The translations under genes were made by a program, and so were the position numbers. A stretch of DNA of 64,000 nt from a virus, in the IMG/VR virus record IMGVR_UViG_3300035492_000217; one strand, written 5' to 3'. The notes under the pieces are model-generated. The model made no database searches. It was not told where the DNA came from and worked only from the letters and a program-made list of their open reading frames with translations. This document shows, one piece after another, positions 1 through 7,500 of this stretch (its first letter is position 1; each line of letters opens with the position of its first letter).

Positions 1-30
1 TCCCGTCACCTATAGGTTGTGAGTGCCGGC

Positions 31-110
31 CTGATTTCGGTGCTATTGCCGATTTTCCGGTACTTTTCCGGACTTTTCAGGACTTTTTCAGCGGCCTTTC
101 GGCGGCTTTC
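31..110. repeat. Array of phased T-tracts, about 10-11 bp period (units like ACTTTTCCGG / ACTTTTCAGG)
   Basis: T3-5 runs begin at 35, 53, 64, 74, 84, 97 and 107. TTTTCCGG occurs twice and TTTTCAGG once, as direct repeats. Confidence 0.6.
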
Positions 111-150
111 TCCAGGGCGCGCGGCGAGGCGCGTATGTGCACGCGCGCGC

Positions 151-178
151 GAAAAGAAAAAGCCGCCCGAAGGCGGCT
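151..178 (-). terminator. Rho-independent terminator candidate
   Basis: Stem AGCCGCC / GGCGGCT with a CGAA loop. On the minus strand it is followed by TTTTTCTTTTC, directly after the stop of CDS 178-393. Confidence 0.55.
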
Positions 179-393
179 CAGGACGTCAGCCAGGCCAGTG
201 ACCGGGCGTCGAGCGGACGCCAGCCGGCGGCCTTGGCCAGACCGGCCAGCCCGGCGCGGACGGCCAGCCGGTCACCGACGGCCAGCGCCCGGTCCAGCGC
301 CAGATCGGCGGCGCACACTTCGAAAAGGGCGCCGATGGTCCGGGCGCCTCCTTTGGCGTCGCGGACCACTTCGCGGATTGCGGCTAGTTTCAT
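178..393 (-). CDS. hypothetical protein (71 aa)
   Basis: ORF track. Its ATG overlaps the stop of the upstream small ORF (ATGA), and a terminator follows. Confidence 0.5.
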   Translation of the reverse strand: MKLAAIREVVRDAKGGARTIGALFEVCAADLALDRALAVGDRLAVRAGLAGLAKAAGWRPLDARSLAWLTS

Positions 394-540
394 CGTGTGA
401 ACTCCTCAAAGAGTGCGGACAGTTCCGCAGATAGTTGGGGCGCCTTGCCAGCGGCAGCGATGCCGTAGAAGGCGCCGACCATGCCGGCGGACAGGCCGCC
501 GATGGCGATGGCAAGGCAAAGCGCGAAAGTTTTGAGCATG
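394..540 (-). CDS. small hydrophobic (membrane) protein, 48 aa
   Basis: Hand translation gives MLKTFALCLAIAIGGLSAGMVGAFYGIAAAGK... It has an ATG start, an ATGA overlap with the next gene, and is below the ORF-track length cut-off. Confidence 0.4.
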
Positions 541-568
541 GCGAACCCCAAGGGCGCCACATTGGGCG

Positions 569-582
569 CCTGTATTTACAGG
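569..582. promoter_or_regulatory. Intergenic palindromic motif copy (CCTGTATTTACAGG, exact reverse complement of the consensus)
   Basis: Lies in the gap between CDS 604-1320 and small ORF 394-540. Confidence 0.6.
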
Positions 583-603
583 TTAATGGGCGGATTTATC
601 CCG

Positions 604-1320
604 TCAAACAGCGGCGACCTTGCCGCCGGCGCGCTTGGACTTGCCAGCTTGGCCGGATTTCAGCAGCTCGGCGGCCTTGTCGGCGTCTACCTGCTCGGCT
701 TTGCTGGCCAGTTGGCTTGCCACGAAGTCTACCGTGACGAACAGGTCGGACAGTTGCTTGGCCAGTTCGCGGGCCTCTTCTGCCGTGGCGGAAAACGCCC
801 TTTTGTTGATCGCGTCAAGCGCTTTGGTCAGTTGATTGGCGACGGTCGAGGCCTTCAACGTGGCCGACTTTGGCTCTTTTTCGGCCTTTTCCAACGTGCG
901 CCATTCGTCGAAAGTCAGCGAGAAGTCGCCAGCATCGACAATGGCGGGCTTGCCGGCTTCGTCCAGTTGCGCCGGATTGGCGAACTTTTGAAAGCGCGGA
1001 TTATCGGCCTTCATGCGGGCGACGATATAGCGGCCGGTTTTGGCGTCGAGCTGGACCTGCGGCGCATGCGCTTTGATATAGGCCTCGACCTCTTTGCCCA
1101 GCTTCGACAGCTTGCCGGTGGTCAGGCGAAAGGCGCCATTCTGCAGCATGGCATTCAGCGGATCGATATTGTGATGGGCAACGGCATGGATGGCGCAGTA
1201 GTTCGCCCAAGTGGTGATGACGTCGGATTGAGCGGCAAGGCCCTTGCCAAAGGCTGCGATCTGCTGAGCAGTGATGACTTTGCCGCGGACGGTGATGGTG
1301 ACTTTGTTGGATTTGGCCAT
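604..1320 (-). CDS. hypothetical phage protein (238 aa)
   Basis: Protein-like K/E/A/T composition. The opposite-strand ORF 481-1341 is G/L/R-rich, as expected for a shadow ORF. Confidence 0.7.
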   Translation of the reverse strand: MAKSNKVTITVRGKVITAQQIAAFGKGLAAQSDVITTWANYCAIHAVAHHNIDPLNAMLQNGAFRLTTGKLSKLGKEVEAYIKAHAPQVQLDAKTGRYIVARMKADNPRFQKFANPAQLDEAGKPAIVDAGDFSLTFDEWRTLEKAEKEPKSATLKASTVANQLTKALDAINKRAFSATAEEARELAKQLSDLFVTVDFVASQLASKAEQVDADKAAELLKSGQAGKSKRAGGKVAAV

Positions 1321-1601
1321 GATGAATTCCCCTATTCTTAAATACTTTCTGCAATGCGTCGGCCAATCCGGCGCATTGTCGAAGGCACTATGCGAACGGC
1401 TGGCATCCCAGCCGCTCGGTTCGTTTCCATGCTCCGGTCGATAAGGCCCGTTTGTGGTGCCGTGCGCCGCTCGACTTTGGCGCTATCGCCGACACTGGCG
1501 GCAGATAGCAGGCGAGCGACACACACACAAGGCGCAGATGGGGCGCAGATCGATGGTCGGAGCGTCAAGTTGTTAATGATCCGCCGACTTGTGTACAGGT
1601 T

Positions 1602-1616
1602 GCTGTAAATACAGGT
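1602..1616. promoter_or_regulatory. Palindromic motif copy (GCTGTAAATACAGGT)
   Basis: One mismatch to the consensus. Preceded by the half-site TGTACAGG at 1592 and flanked by GCCGAC / GTCGGC. Confidence 0.5.
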
Positions 1617-2246
1617 CGGCCAATGCAGTGCGAGCCGTCTTCACGATCGTCAGGCATGGCTCCGCCCTGCATGCCCGTAGGCTGCAAAGCGGGGGCGCCA
1701 TGCTCGCCGGGGCCTTGATCGTCTGGCGTTTCGCCCCTTGCGCTTTGGTTCCACTATCGGCACCAGGCGCCAGTGTCGCCTGGTGTTCGTCCAGTAATGG
1801 TAGCGCCAGCCATTGTCAGACAATGGGCGAGGCTATCCGCAACGGAGCAGACTGCTCCGTCGTGACTCAATCAAGGCCGCTCGGTCAGAGCGGCAAGCTA
1901 GCGGGTTTAAAGAACTGTCGTGGCAAGCGCAAGGCGAGCCGCGCGGGGCGGTGGAGCCGGCCCCGGTGGCCATCAGTAATTGCCTGACCACGGGACGAAC
2001 TATACGCAAGCAAAACAGTAGAAGCAAGCGACAAGCGCGGAAAAGATAAGAATATAAAAGCATAAGAGCTGACCCCGGCCCTCTTTTTTTTGTTATAGGA
2101 GGCGTCACAGCCCGCCTACCTCCGCGCGCAAAAATTTTGCATTTTTCTTAGCTATTTATACTTTTATAGCCACAAAACCGCCAATTTCGCCATAATTTCA
2201 CCAGGGAGGCCCTTTACAACCCAGGAAATGGGCCATAACCTGCACT

Positions 2247-2260
2247 CCTGCAAATACAGG
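2247..2260. promoter_or_regulatory. Palindromic motif copy (CCTGCAAATACAGG)
   Basis: One mismatch. Lies about 100 nt upstream of the HU-like gene and is followed by TTTACAG. Confidence 0.5.
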
Positions 2261-2357
2261 TTTACAGCTTCACGGTGTGTCGAGGACGTCGGCCACGCCC
2301 GAAGCCAACAATCGGACCTCGCCGAGACCTGAGCCCAAGAAGAACAGGACAACGACC

Positions 2358-2639
2358 ATGACCTACGCCACCAAGAAAGACCTCATCTCCCACGTCGCCG
2401 CCCGCACAGGCCTGACCAAAGCAGCTGCCAAGCAAGCCGTGGAAGCCACCCTAGAAGGGATCAGCCACCTGACCTTCGATAAAGGCCACCTCACGCTCCG
2501 CGGCTTCGGCAAGTTCCGGGCTCGCCAGTACAAGGCCCGTACGATCAACCCCGGCATCGTGAGCAATCCGATCAACGTCCCAGCTCGCACGGTGCTGACC
2601 TACAGCGCGAACCCCGACCAGGTACGGGCCGAGGCGTAA
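2358..2639 (+). CDS. HU/IHF-family DNA-binding protein
   Basis: Its 93 aa align by eye with bacterial HU: KKDLISHVA...GLTK..AK.AVEA, then GFGKF..R....R..RNP-like arm (RTINPG) and ...VP. ATG at 2358 within ORF 2277-2639. Confidence 0.85.
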   Translation: MTYATKKDLISHVAARTGLTKAAAKQAVEATLEGISHLTFDKGHLTLRGFGKFRARQYKARTINPGIVSNPINVPARTVLTYSANPDQVRAEA

Positions 2640-2745
2640 GTGGCGGTCTTGGCCTTGTTGCTCTGTGTCGGCGCCGCCGGCACAGCAGCCGCGATCCTGA
2701 TGCAGAAGGCGCTCCGCGAGCTCGAGAGCGCCTTCCACATGTCGA

Positions 2746-3345
2746 ATGGAGAGGACGCTGACCAATGACTGCAGCTACTGGAGTAGTCACGTGCTGAACC
2801 GCCCAGACATCGACGACGAGCCCGGCCGCCGGCGTCAGGTCAATCCGCACGCCGACCTGACCCCGTACGGCCAGCCTGACGACATGTCGAACGACCCAGG
2901 CCTCCGGACAGCTGTCCAGGACGTCATCGGGGCCCTCAGACAGGACCTGCTGCCACTCGACGTCCAGCAAGCGATCGTCGACGCCATGAGCCCGGCAGCC
3001 CGCAGGGACTTGGTCGCCAAGATCGCTGGACTCGAAGCATCGGTGCTGATGACGTTCAAGCAGCAGATCCAGCTCGTGGACACGGTGCTGCGACGAATTG
3101 TCAACCCTGACGGCACGGTGACGAATACCGCCGAGGATTACGACATCCCCCTGAAAGACGCCATGAACCTGTCGCTGAAGGTGACCCAGGTGATGGTCCG
3201 CGACCTCCCAAAGATCTACACGATCGACAGAATCCAGAAGCAGGAGGAGGCTCTGCGGCGGGTGATGGAGACGCACCTGACCCGCAAGCAGCAGGAGGCC
3301 CTGCTCGAGGAGCTGGAGAGGATTGAGACAGGGGAGGGAAGCTGA
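2746..3345 (+). CDS. hypothetical protein; positional candidate for the small terminase subunit
   Basis: 199-aa ORF upstream of terL with a coiled-coil-like C-terminus. No recognisable motif. The start is uncertain (alternative ATG at 2884). Confidence 0.45.
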   Translation: MERTLTNDCSYWSSHVLNRPDIDDEPGRRRQVNPHADLTPYGQPDDMSNDPGLRTAVQDVIGALRQDLLPLDVQQAIVDAMSPAARRDLVAKIAGLEASVLMTFKQQIQLVDTVLRRIVNPDGTVTNTAEDYDIPLKDAMNLSLKVTQVMVRDLPKIYTIDRIQKQEEALRRVMETHLTRKQQEALLEELERIETGEGS

Positions 3346-3375
3346 GCCGACGAAAGGCTTAATGCCTAGTTTTCG

Positions 3376-3388
3376 CCGTATTTACAGG
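3376..3388. promoter_or_regulatory. Palindromic motif copy (CCGTATTTACAGG)
   Basis: Lies in the 219-nt gap upstream of the packaging genes. Confidence 0.5.
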
Positions 3389-3460
3389 CAAGAAGTGAGG
3401 ACGCTACCCCCATATGTGCTTGAAAACTGGACATTTGGCTGTGTGACAAAGCTCAGGCAC

Positions 3461-3475
3461 TGGCGCATCATTCGC
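3461..3475 (+). promoter_or_regulatory. sigma-54-like -24/-12 element candidate (TGGCGC-N5-TCGC)
   Basis: The GG and GC dinucleotides have the spacing of the consensus TGGCAC-N5-TTGC, with 2 mismatches. It is the only such match I found. Confidence 0.2.
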
Positions 3476-3564
3476 CACCGCCGACGATAATAGTGTCAAA
3501 AAGACATCACAAGGCGAGCCTTGAGTGCAAAAGATCTGATTTCACAACAGGAAAGAGCAACACC

Positions 3565-3777
3565 ATGGACAAATACCTGATGTTCGGCTTCTTGCCGATC
3601 CGCGTATCCGCCGAAGGGACTTGGACCGCGGACACTGGCAGCCGATTGGTTGACCTCATTGCGAACGCAGGCGCCCGGATGGCGTTACTGGCGATCGATT
3701 CCCTCGAACAGAGCTTCGACCTGTACCTGCCCGTGAGCCTGGTACCGGCCCAGGAAGCCGCAGTCGTAAGCAGCTAA
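3565..3777 (+). CDS. hypothetical protein (70 aa)
   Basis: The ATG at 3565 follows AGGAAAGAG. It lies within ORF 3493-3777, immediately upstream of terL. Confidence 0.5.
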   Translation: MDKYLMFGFLPIRVSAEGTWTADTGSRLVDLIANAGARMALLAIDSLEQSFDLYLPVSLVPAQEAAVVSS

Positions 3778-3787
3778 GGGGGGAAAG

Positions 3788-5524
3788 ATGTCGGCTTCCG
3801 CGTCTAGTAGACTCAGGATGCAGCTCAACCGCGAGGAAGGGCTGCGTGAGCTAGACAAGGTCGTTCTCAAGTACGGCCGCGTCAACGGGAAGCCGTACTC
3901 CTTCAAGGACCACGAGTTCCAGCAGGAGATCATCAAAGACACTCGGGCCCGAATAGACGTCCAGAAGTGCTCCCAGGTGGGCCTCTCCGAGGTGATGGTT
4001 CAGAAGACCATCGCCATGGGCGCCACAATGAAGCACATTCGGATCATCTTTACCCTGCCGACCCGTGACATGGCGATGCCGTTCTCCAAGGACCGCTTCG
4101 ACACCGCGATCGACAGCTCAGATTTCTATAGCGGGTTGGTGCACAAGGCGAGCAACAGCGCGAGCCAGAAGAAGATCGGCACCTGCACGCTGTACATCAC
4201 CGGCTCATTCGGCGCCAACAGCGCTATTTCAGTTCCTGCCGAGGTAGTGATCAGTGACGAGGTCGACTTCTCCAATGAGGTCGTTCTCGGGAAGCTGAAC
4301 TCCCGCCTGCGCCACGCCAGCATGGTCGACGAGATGGGCAACCGCGGCATGCGGATGCGCTTCTCGACGCCAACCGTCGACGAGTACGGGGTAAACAAGG
4401 GATTCCTGGCCGGAAACCAGTTGCACTACATGGTCAAATGCCTCGGCTGCCGGCAGTGGGTGCTACCCGACTTCGACCACGACTTCATCGTCCCGGGCTT
4501 CGACGACAGCATCGTCAGGTTCACGAAGGATGACGTCAATGACAGGCGCTTCCGGATCCAGGACGCCTACATCAAGTGCCCCTGCTGCGGCAAAGACCTG
4601 CAGCAGGCCCTGCTCGACCCCGAGCGCCGGCAGTGGGTGGCAAAGCGGCCAGACGTATGGGACCACAGCTACCAGGTGTTCCCGTGGGACGTTCCGAAGT
4701 ACAACACGCCGCCGGCTATCATCAAGCAGATGGGCGATTACCCGCTGCGCAGCGACTTCTACAACTTCGTCATAGGCCTGCCGTACAGCGACGCGGAAAA
4801 CAACTTCACGGTCACCGACGAGCACCGCAAGCGGGTGAGTGACGTCGATCTGTGGATATTTGGCCAATGGGCTGTGACCTGCCAGACCATCGGCGGGATG
4901 GACGTCGGCAAGACGTGCCACTTCGTCGTCAAGGCGAAGGTCGGCCGCCACTGGCACGTCGTGTGGGCCGAGAAGATCCGCAACACCAGGGAGAACCCTG
5001 CCACCGGTCAGGTGCTTGAGCGCTACGACTACTTCCGCATGGCCATGCTGTGCATCGACGCCGGCCCAGACATCACCCTGGTCAACAGCCTGGTGGGCGC
5101 CAGGCTCGGCATCAGGGCAGTGGTCTATGTGAACAAAGTCAGCGGAATCCTCCCGATCGACGAGAAAGCTGACGGTATGGTCGTCAATGCCGACCGCACG
5201 AAGACGCTTTCGCTGCTGTTGAACAAGCACAACGCCGGCGAGATTCACTACCCGATGCGCGAGGAGCTCACCAAGGAGATCTTCGATCACCTCAAGACCA
5301 CCAAGAAAATCCGCGCCAAGGGGCCGGACGGGGAGATGGTCGAGCGCTTCATCAAGACAGATGACACGGACCACTGGGTGCACGCCATGAACTACGCCAA
5401 CATCGCTGCGCTGCTGGTGGAAGACCTCGGGCTGTCGGCGGTCATCTCGGCGCCGCCGAGCGTGGGGAAGGTGAAGCTAGGCAGTAACGCCGGCGCTAAG
5501 CCGGCGACCAGGACAGGGTGGTGA
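3788..5524 (+). CDS. terL: terminase large subunit (lambda GpA-like family)
   Basis: 578 aa. Walker A-like QKCSQVGLSE, Walker B VISDEVDF and Cys pairs CLGCRQW / CPCCGK, as in GpA-type terminases. Strong SD GGGGGGAAAG. Confidence 0.9.
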   Translation: MSASASSRLRMQLNREEGLRELDKVVLKYGRVNGKPYSFKDHEFQQEIIKDTRARIDVQKCSQVGLSEVMVQKTIAMGATMKHIRIIFTLPTRDMAMPFSKDRFDTAIDSSDFYSGLVHKASNSASQKKIGTCTLYITGSFGANSAISVPAEVVISDEVDFSNEVVLGKLNSRLRHASMVDEMGNRGMRMRFSTPTVDEYGVNKGFLAGNQLHYMVKCLGCRQWVLPDFDHDFIVPGFDDSIVRFTKDDVNDRRFRIQDAYIKCPCCGKDLQQALLDPERRQWVAKRPDVWDHSYQVFPWDVPKYNTPPAIIKQMGDYPLRSDFYNFVIGLPYSDAENNFTVTDEHRKRVSDVDLWIFGQWAVTCQTIGGMDVGKTCHFVVKAKVGRHWHVVWAEKIRNTRENPATGQVLERYDYFRMAMLCIDAGPDITLVNSLVGARLGIRAVVYVNKVSGILPIDEKADGMVVNADRTKTLSLLLNKHNAGEIHYPMREELTKEIFDHLKTTKKIRAKGPDGEMVERFIKTDDTDHWVHAMNYANIAALLVEDLGLSAVISAPPSVGKVKLGSNAGAKPATRTGW

Positions 5525-5527
5525 AGC

Positions 5528-5836
5528 TCAGCGCTTGCCGCAGAGCTTCTCGTTCAGTTCGTCGACGACTTCTCCGCTGTATGGCCTGCGCACCTCCAGC
5601 GCCTTTAACTGGTGAATGAACGGTGTCCACTCGCTCCAGCTGCCGTTCGCCAGTTCGTACTTCATCTCCCCGCAGAGCACACCAGGCGCACCGTCTGCCA
5701 CGTTTCTGAACTGGACGCTGTCTGGGTTGCCGATGAAATCGGTCTGCCTGGCGGCCTCTTTCAGCCTCGCGTCTGGCCCGGCCTGACAACCTACCAGTGC
5801 CGAAACCAACACTGCTGCGAAAAATATTCTGACCAT
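5528..5836 (-). CDS. lipoprotein (102 aa), antisense to the late operon
   Basis: Signal peptide MVRIFFAAVLVSALVGC with lipobox LVGC. SD AGGAAG upstream of the ATG at 5836. Convergent with terL, with a 3-nt gap between the stop codons. Confidence 0.7.
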   Translation of the reverse strand: MVRIFFAAVLVSALVGCQAGPDARLKEAARQTDFIGNPDSVQFRNVADGAPGVLCGEMKYELANGSWSEWTPFIHQLKALEVRRPYSGEVVDELNEKLCGKR

Positions 5837-5962
5837 GGAATGCACGTTCTTCCTGTGATTACGGAAGCGTAGCGGCGATGAGCCATGATTCGCAACCTGC
5901 CGGTGAAAATACCCTATTGCGCCAATGGGTTGCATACCCAATAATCCGCCTCAAACCGTAAA

Positions 5963-5975
5963 CCTGTAAATACAG
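5963..5975. promoter_or_regulatory. Palindromic motif copy (CCTGTAAATACAG)
   Basis: Ends 3 nt before the portal ATG. A degenerate copy, CCTGTGATTACGG, lies at 5852-5864 upstream of the lipoprotein gene. Confidence 0.55.
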
Positions 5976-5978
5976 TTA

Positions 5979-7436
5979 ATGGCGAGATCCCAACCAGGAA
6001 AGAACACCAACCGCTCCGCAGCAGCCGGAGCGAGCGTCGTTCTGCCTAAGCGCAATCTCGCCGGCAAGGCTCGCGCCAAGCGTCCCGGCTCCGACTTCGA
6101 CAAAGGGCAGTCGATCCGCAACGAGCTCAACACCTACGTTGCGAACGCGATCAAGAACATCCGCGACCGGTCGAACGTCAACGAGATCATCCGAGTCCTC
6201 ATGCGGGAGGATGGCCTCTTCAGCTCGGCTGCCAACAGCATGGTGGCGCTGGCCGCCAACAGCGGCTACCGACTGGCCTGCTACAACGCTGAAGGGGCCA
6301 TGGACCTGGCGGTGATGGGCACCGCCTACTCGCTGCTCGATCGCCTGAGCACCCTGCATGACTACAGCCAAGGCTTCAACGACAAGCCAGGGCTGCAGTC
6401 GCTGCTGACAACCCTCCAGATCGACGTGGTAGGCACAGGCGGTTGCGGAGTGGAGCTTGTCCTGGACAAGGCATTCGGTCCTGAGCGCCTGGTTCCGATC
6501 GGCTACTCGACGATCGCCTGGGAGGCAGACGGCAAGGGCGGGCGTTACCCGACGCAGGATAGCGGTGAGATCGATCTCAACCTGCCAACCGTCTTCATCG
6601 CCGAACACAACCGCAATGCCGACGAGGCCTATGCGGTGAGCCTGCTCCGCCCAGGCCTGACTCACACGATCAACTTCAACGAGTTCCTGGAAGACACCAA
6701 CCGGGCGGTTAACCGCACAGGCCATAGTCGGTTGGTGGCGAAGCTGCTTAGCGAGAAGGTGCTGTCCTCCGCGCCGGACCAAATCAAGAACGACCCAGCC
6801 AAGCGCAACCAGTTCTTCAACGAGGTTCGGCAGCAGGTCGAGGAAGCCCTGGAAGGCCTAGAGCCAGAAGACGCTCTGGTCGCCTACGACTCGGTCGAGT
6901 ACGAGGTCAAGGACACCGGCGGTAGCAAAGCCGACTACAGCCCGATGCTGACCACCCTCGGCAACCTGCTCGGCGCATCGCTGAAGACCCCGGCGTCCGT
7001 CAGCGGCCTGCGGGCCGGCGGCAGCCAGGCGCTATCCAACGCCGAGACCCTCATCTACCTCAAGGTGGTAGAAGCGGCCAGACCTCCAGTCGAGGAGGCC
7101 ATGAGCCGCGCCCTAACGCTGGCAGTTCGCCTACTTGGCGTAGAGGGCCACGTCTATTTCGAGTTCATGCCAGTCAACCTCCGCCCGGAGGAAGAGCTTG
7201 AGGCCTACAAAGGCACCAAGCAGAAGCGCGTGCTTGAGCTGCTGAGCCACGGCCTGATCAACGATGCAGAAGCCTGCTACCAGCTGGGTGTGCGGCCCCA
7301 GGGGCTTGCAGGGCTTCTGGCCGGGACCGGGTTCTACGGTAAGGCGGCATCTGACGGAGAAGGCGAGCGTGAAAGTTCAACCGGGCGCGCCCTAAACCCT
7401 GGCACGCCGAGCAAATCCGGAGGGGACGACCAGTGA
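5979..7436 (+). CDS. portal protein
   Basis: 485 aa, positioned between terminase and prohead protease as in the lambda A-(W)-B-C order. Confidence 0.8.
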   Translation: MARSQPGKNTNRSAAAGASVVLPKRNLAGKARAKRPGSDFDKGQSIRNELNTYVANAIKNIRDRSNVNEIIRVLMREDGLFSSAANSMVALAANSGYRLACYNAEGAMDLAVMGTAYSLLDRLSTLHDYSQGFNDKPGLQSLLTTLQIDVVGTGGCGVELVLDKAFGPERLVPIGYSTIAWEADGKGGRYPTQDSGEIDLNLPTVFIAEHNRNADEAYAVSLLRPGLTHTINFNEFLEDTNRAVNRTGHSRLVAKLLSEKVLSSAPDQIKNDPAKRNQFFNEVRQQVEEALEGLEPEDALVAYDSVEYEVKDTGGSKADYSPMLTTLGNLLGASLKTPASVSGLRAGGSQALSNAETLIYLKVVEAARPPVEEAMSRALTLAVRLLGVEGHVYFEFMPVNLRPEEELEAYKGTKQKRVLELLSHGLINDAEACYQLGVRPQGLAGLLAGTGFYGKAASDGEGERESSTGRALNPGTPSKSGGDDQ

Positions 7437-7500
7437 CCCGTGAAGAGTACGACGGCCTGACCCCTGTTGGGTTTGGTGAAAGCGTTTCCGAGGAGACGAT

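Larger units (their letters stand above)
1321..2357. other. About 1 kb non-coding region rich in hairpins and short direct repeats, ending in an AT-rich tract (candidate cos/pac, origin or regulatory region)
   Basis: No protein-like ORF. Perfect inverted repeats at 1761-1785, 1842-1860 and 1876-1894; GGCGCAGAT twice at 1531 and 1542; AT-rich stretch at about 2040-2220. Confidence 0.5.

Noticed and set aside
481-1341. 286-aa plus-strand ORF covering the first large gene
   Set aside because: Its Gly/Leu/Arg-rich composition is typical of the antisense frame of a GC-rich gene. The minus-strand ORF 604-1320 is far more protein-like and has coupled downstream genes.
1589-1987. 132-aa ORF (and 1354-1608, 1813-2049, 1833-2108) inside the 1-kb gap
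   Set aside because: Cys/Arg/Ser-rich, with no SD, and they run through perfect hairpins. The region is treated as non-coding. I also looked for a tRNA cloverleaf or T-loop (GGTTCGAATCC-like) here and found none by eye.
2640-2768. 42-aa GTG-initiated hydrophobic ORF immediately after the HU-like gene
   Set aside because: It is very short, has a non-ATG start without an SD, and overlaps the start of 2746-3345. That is not enough support to call it.
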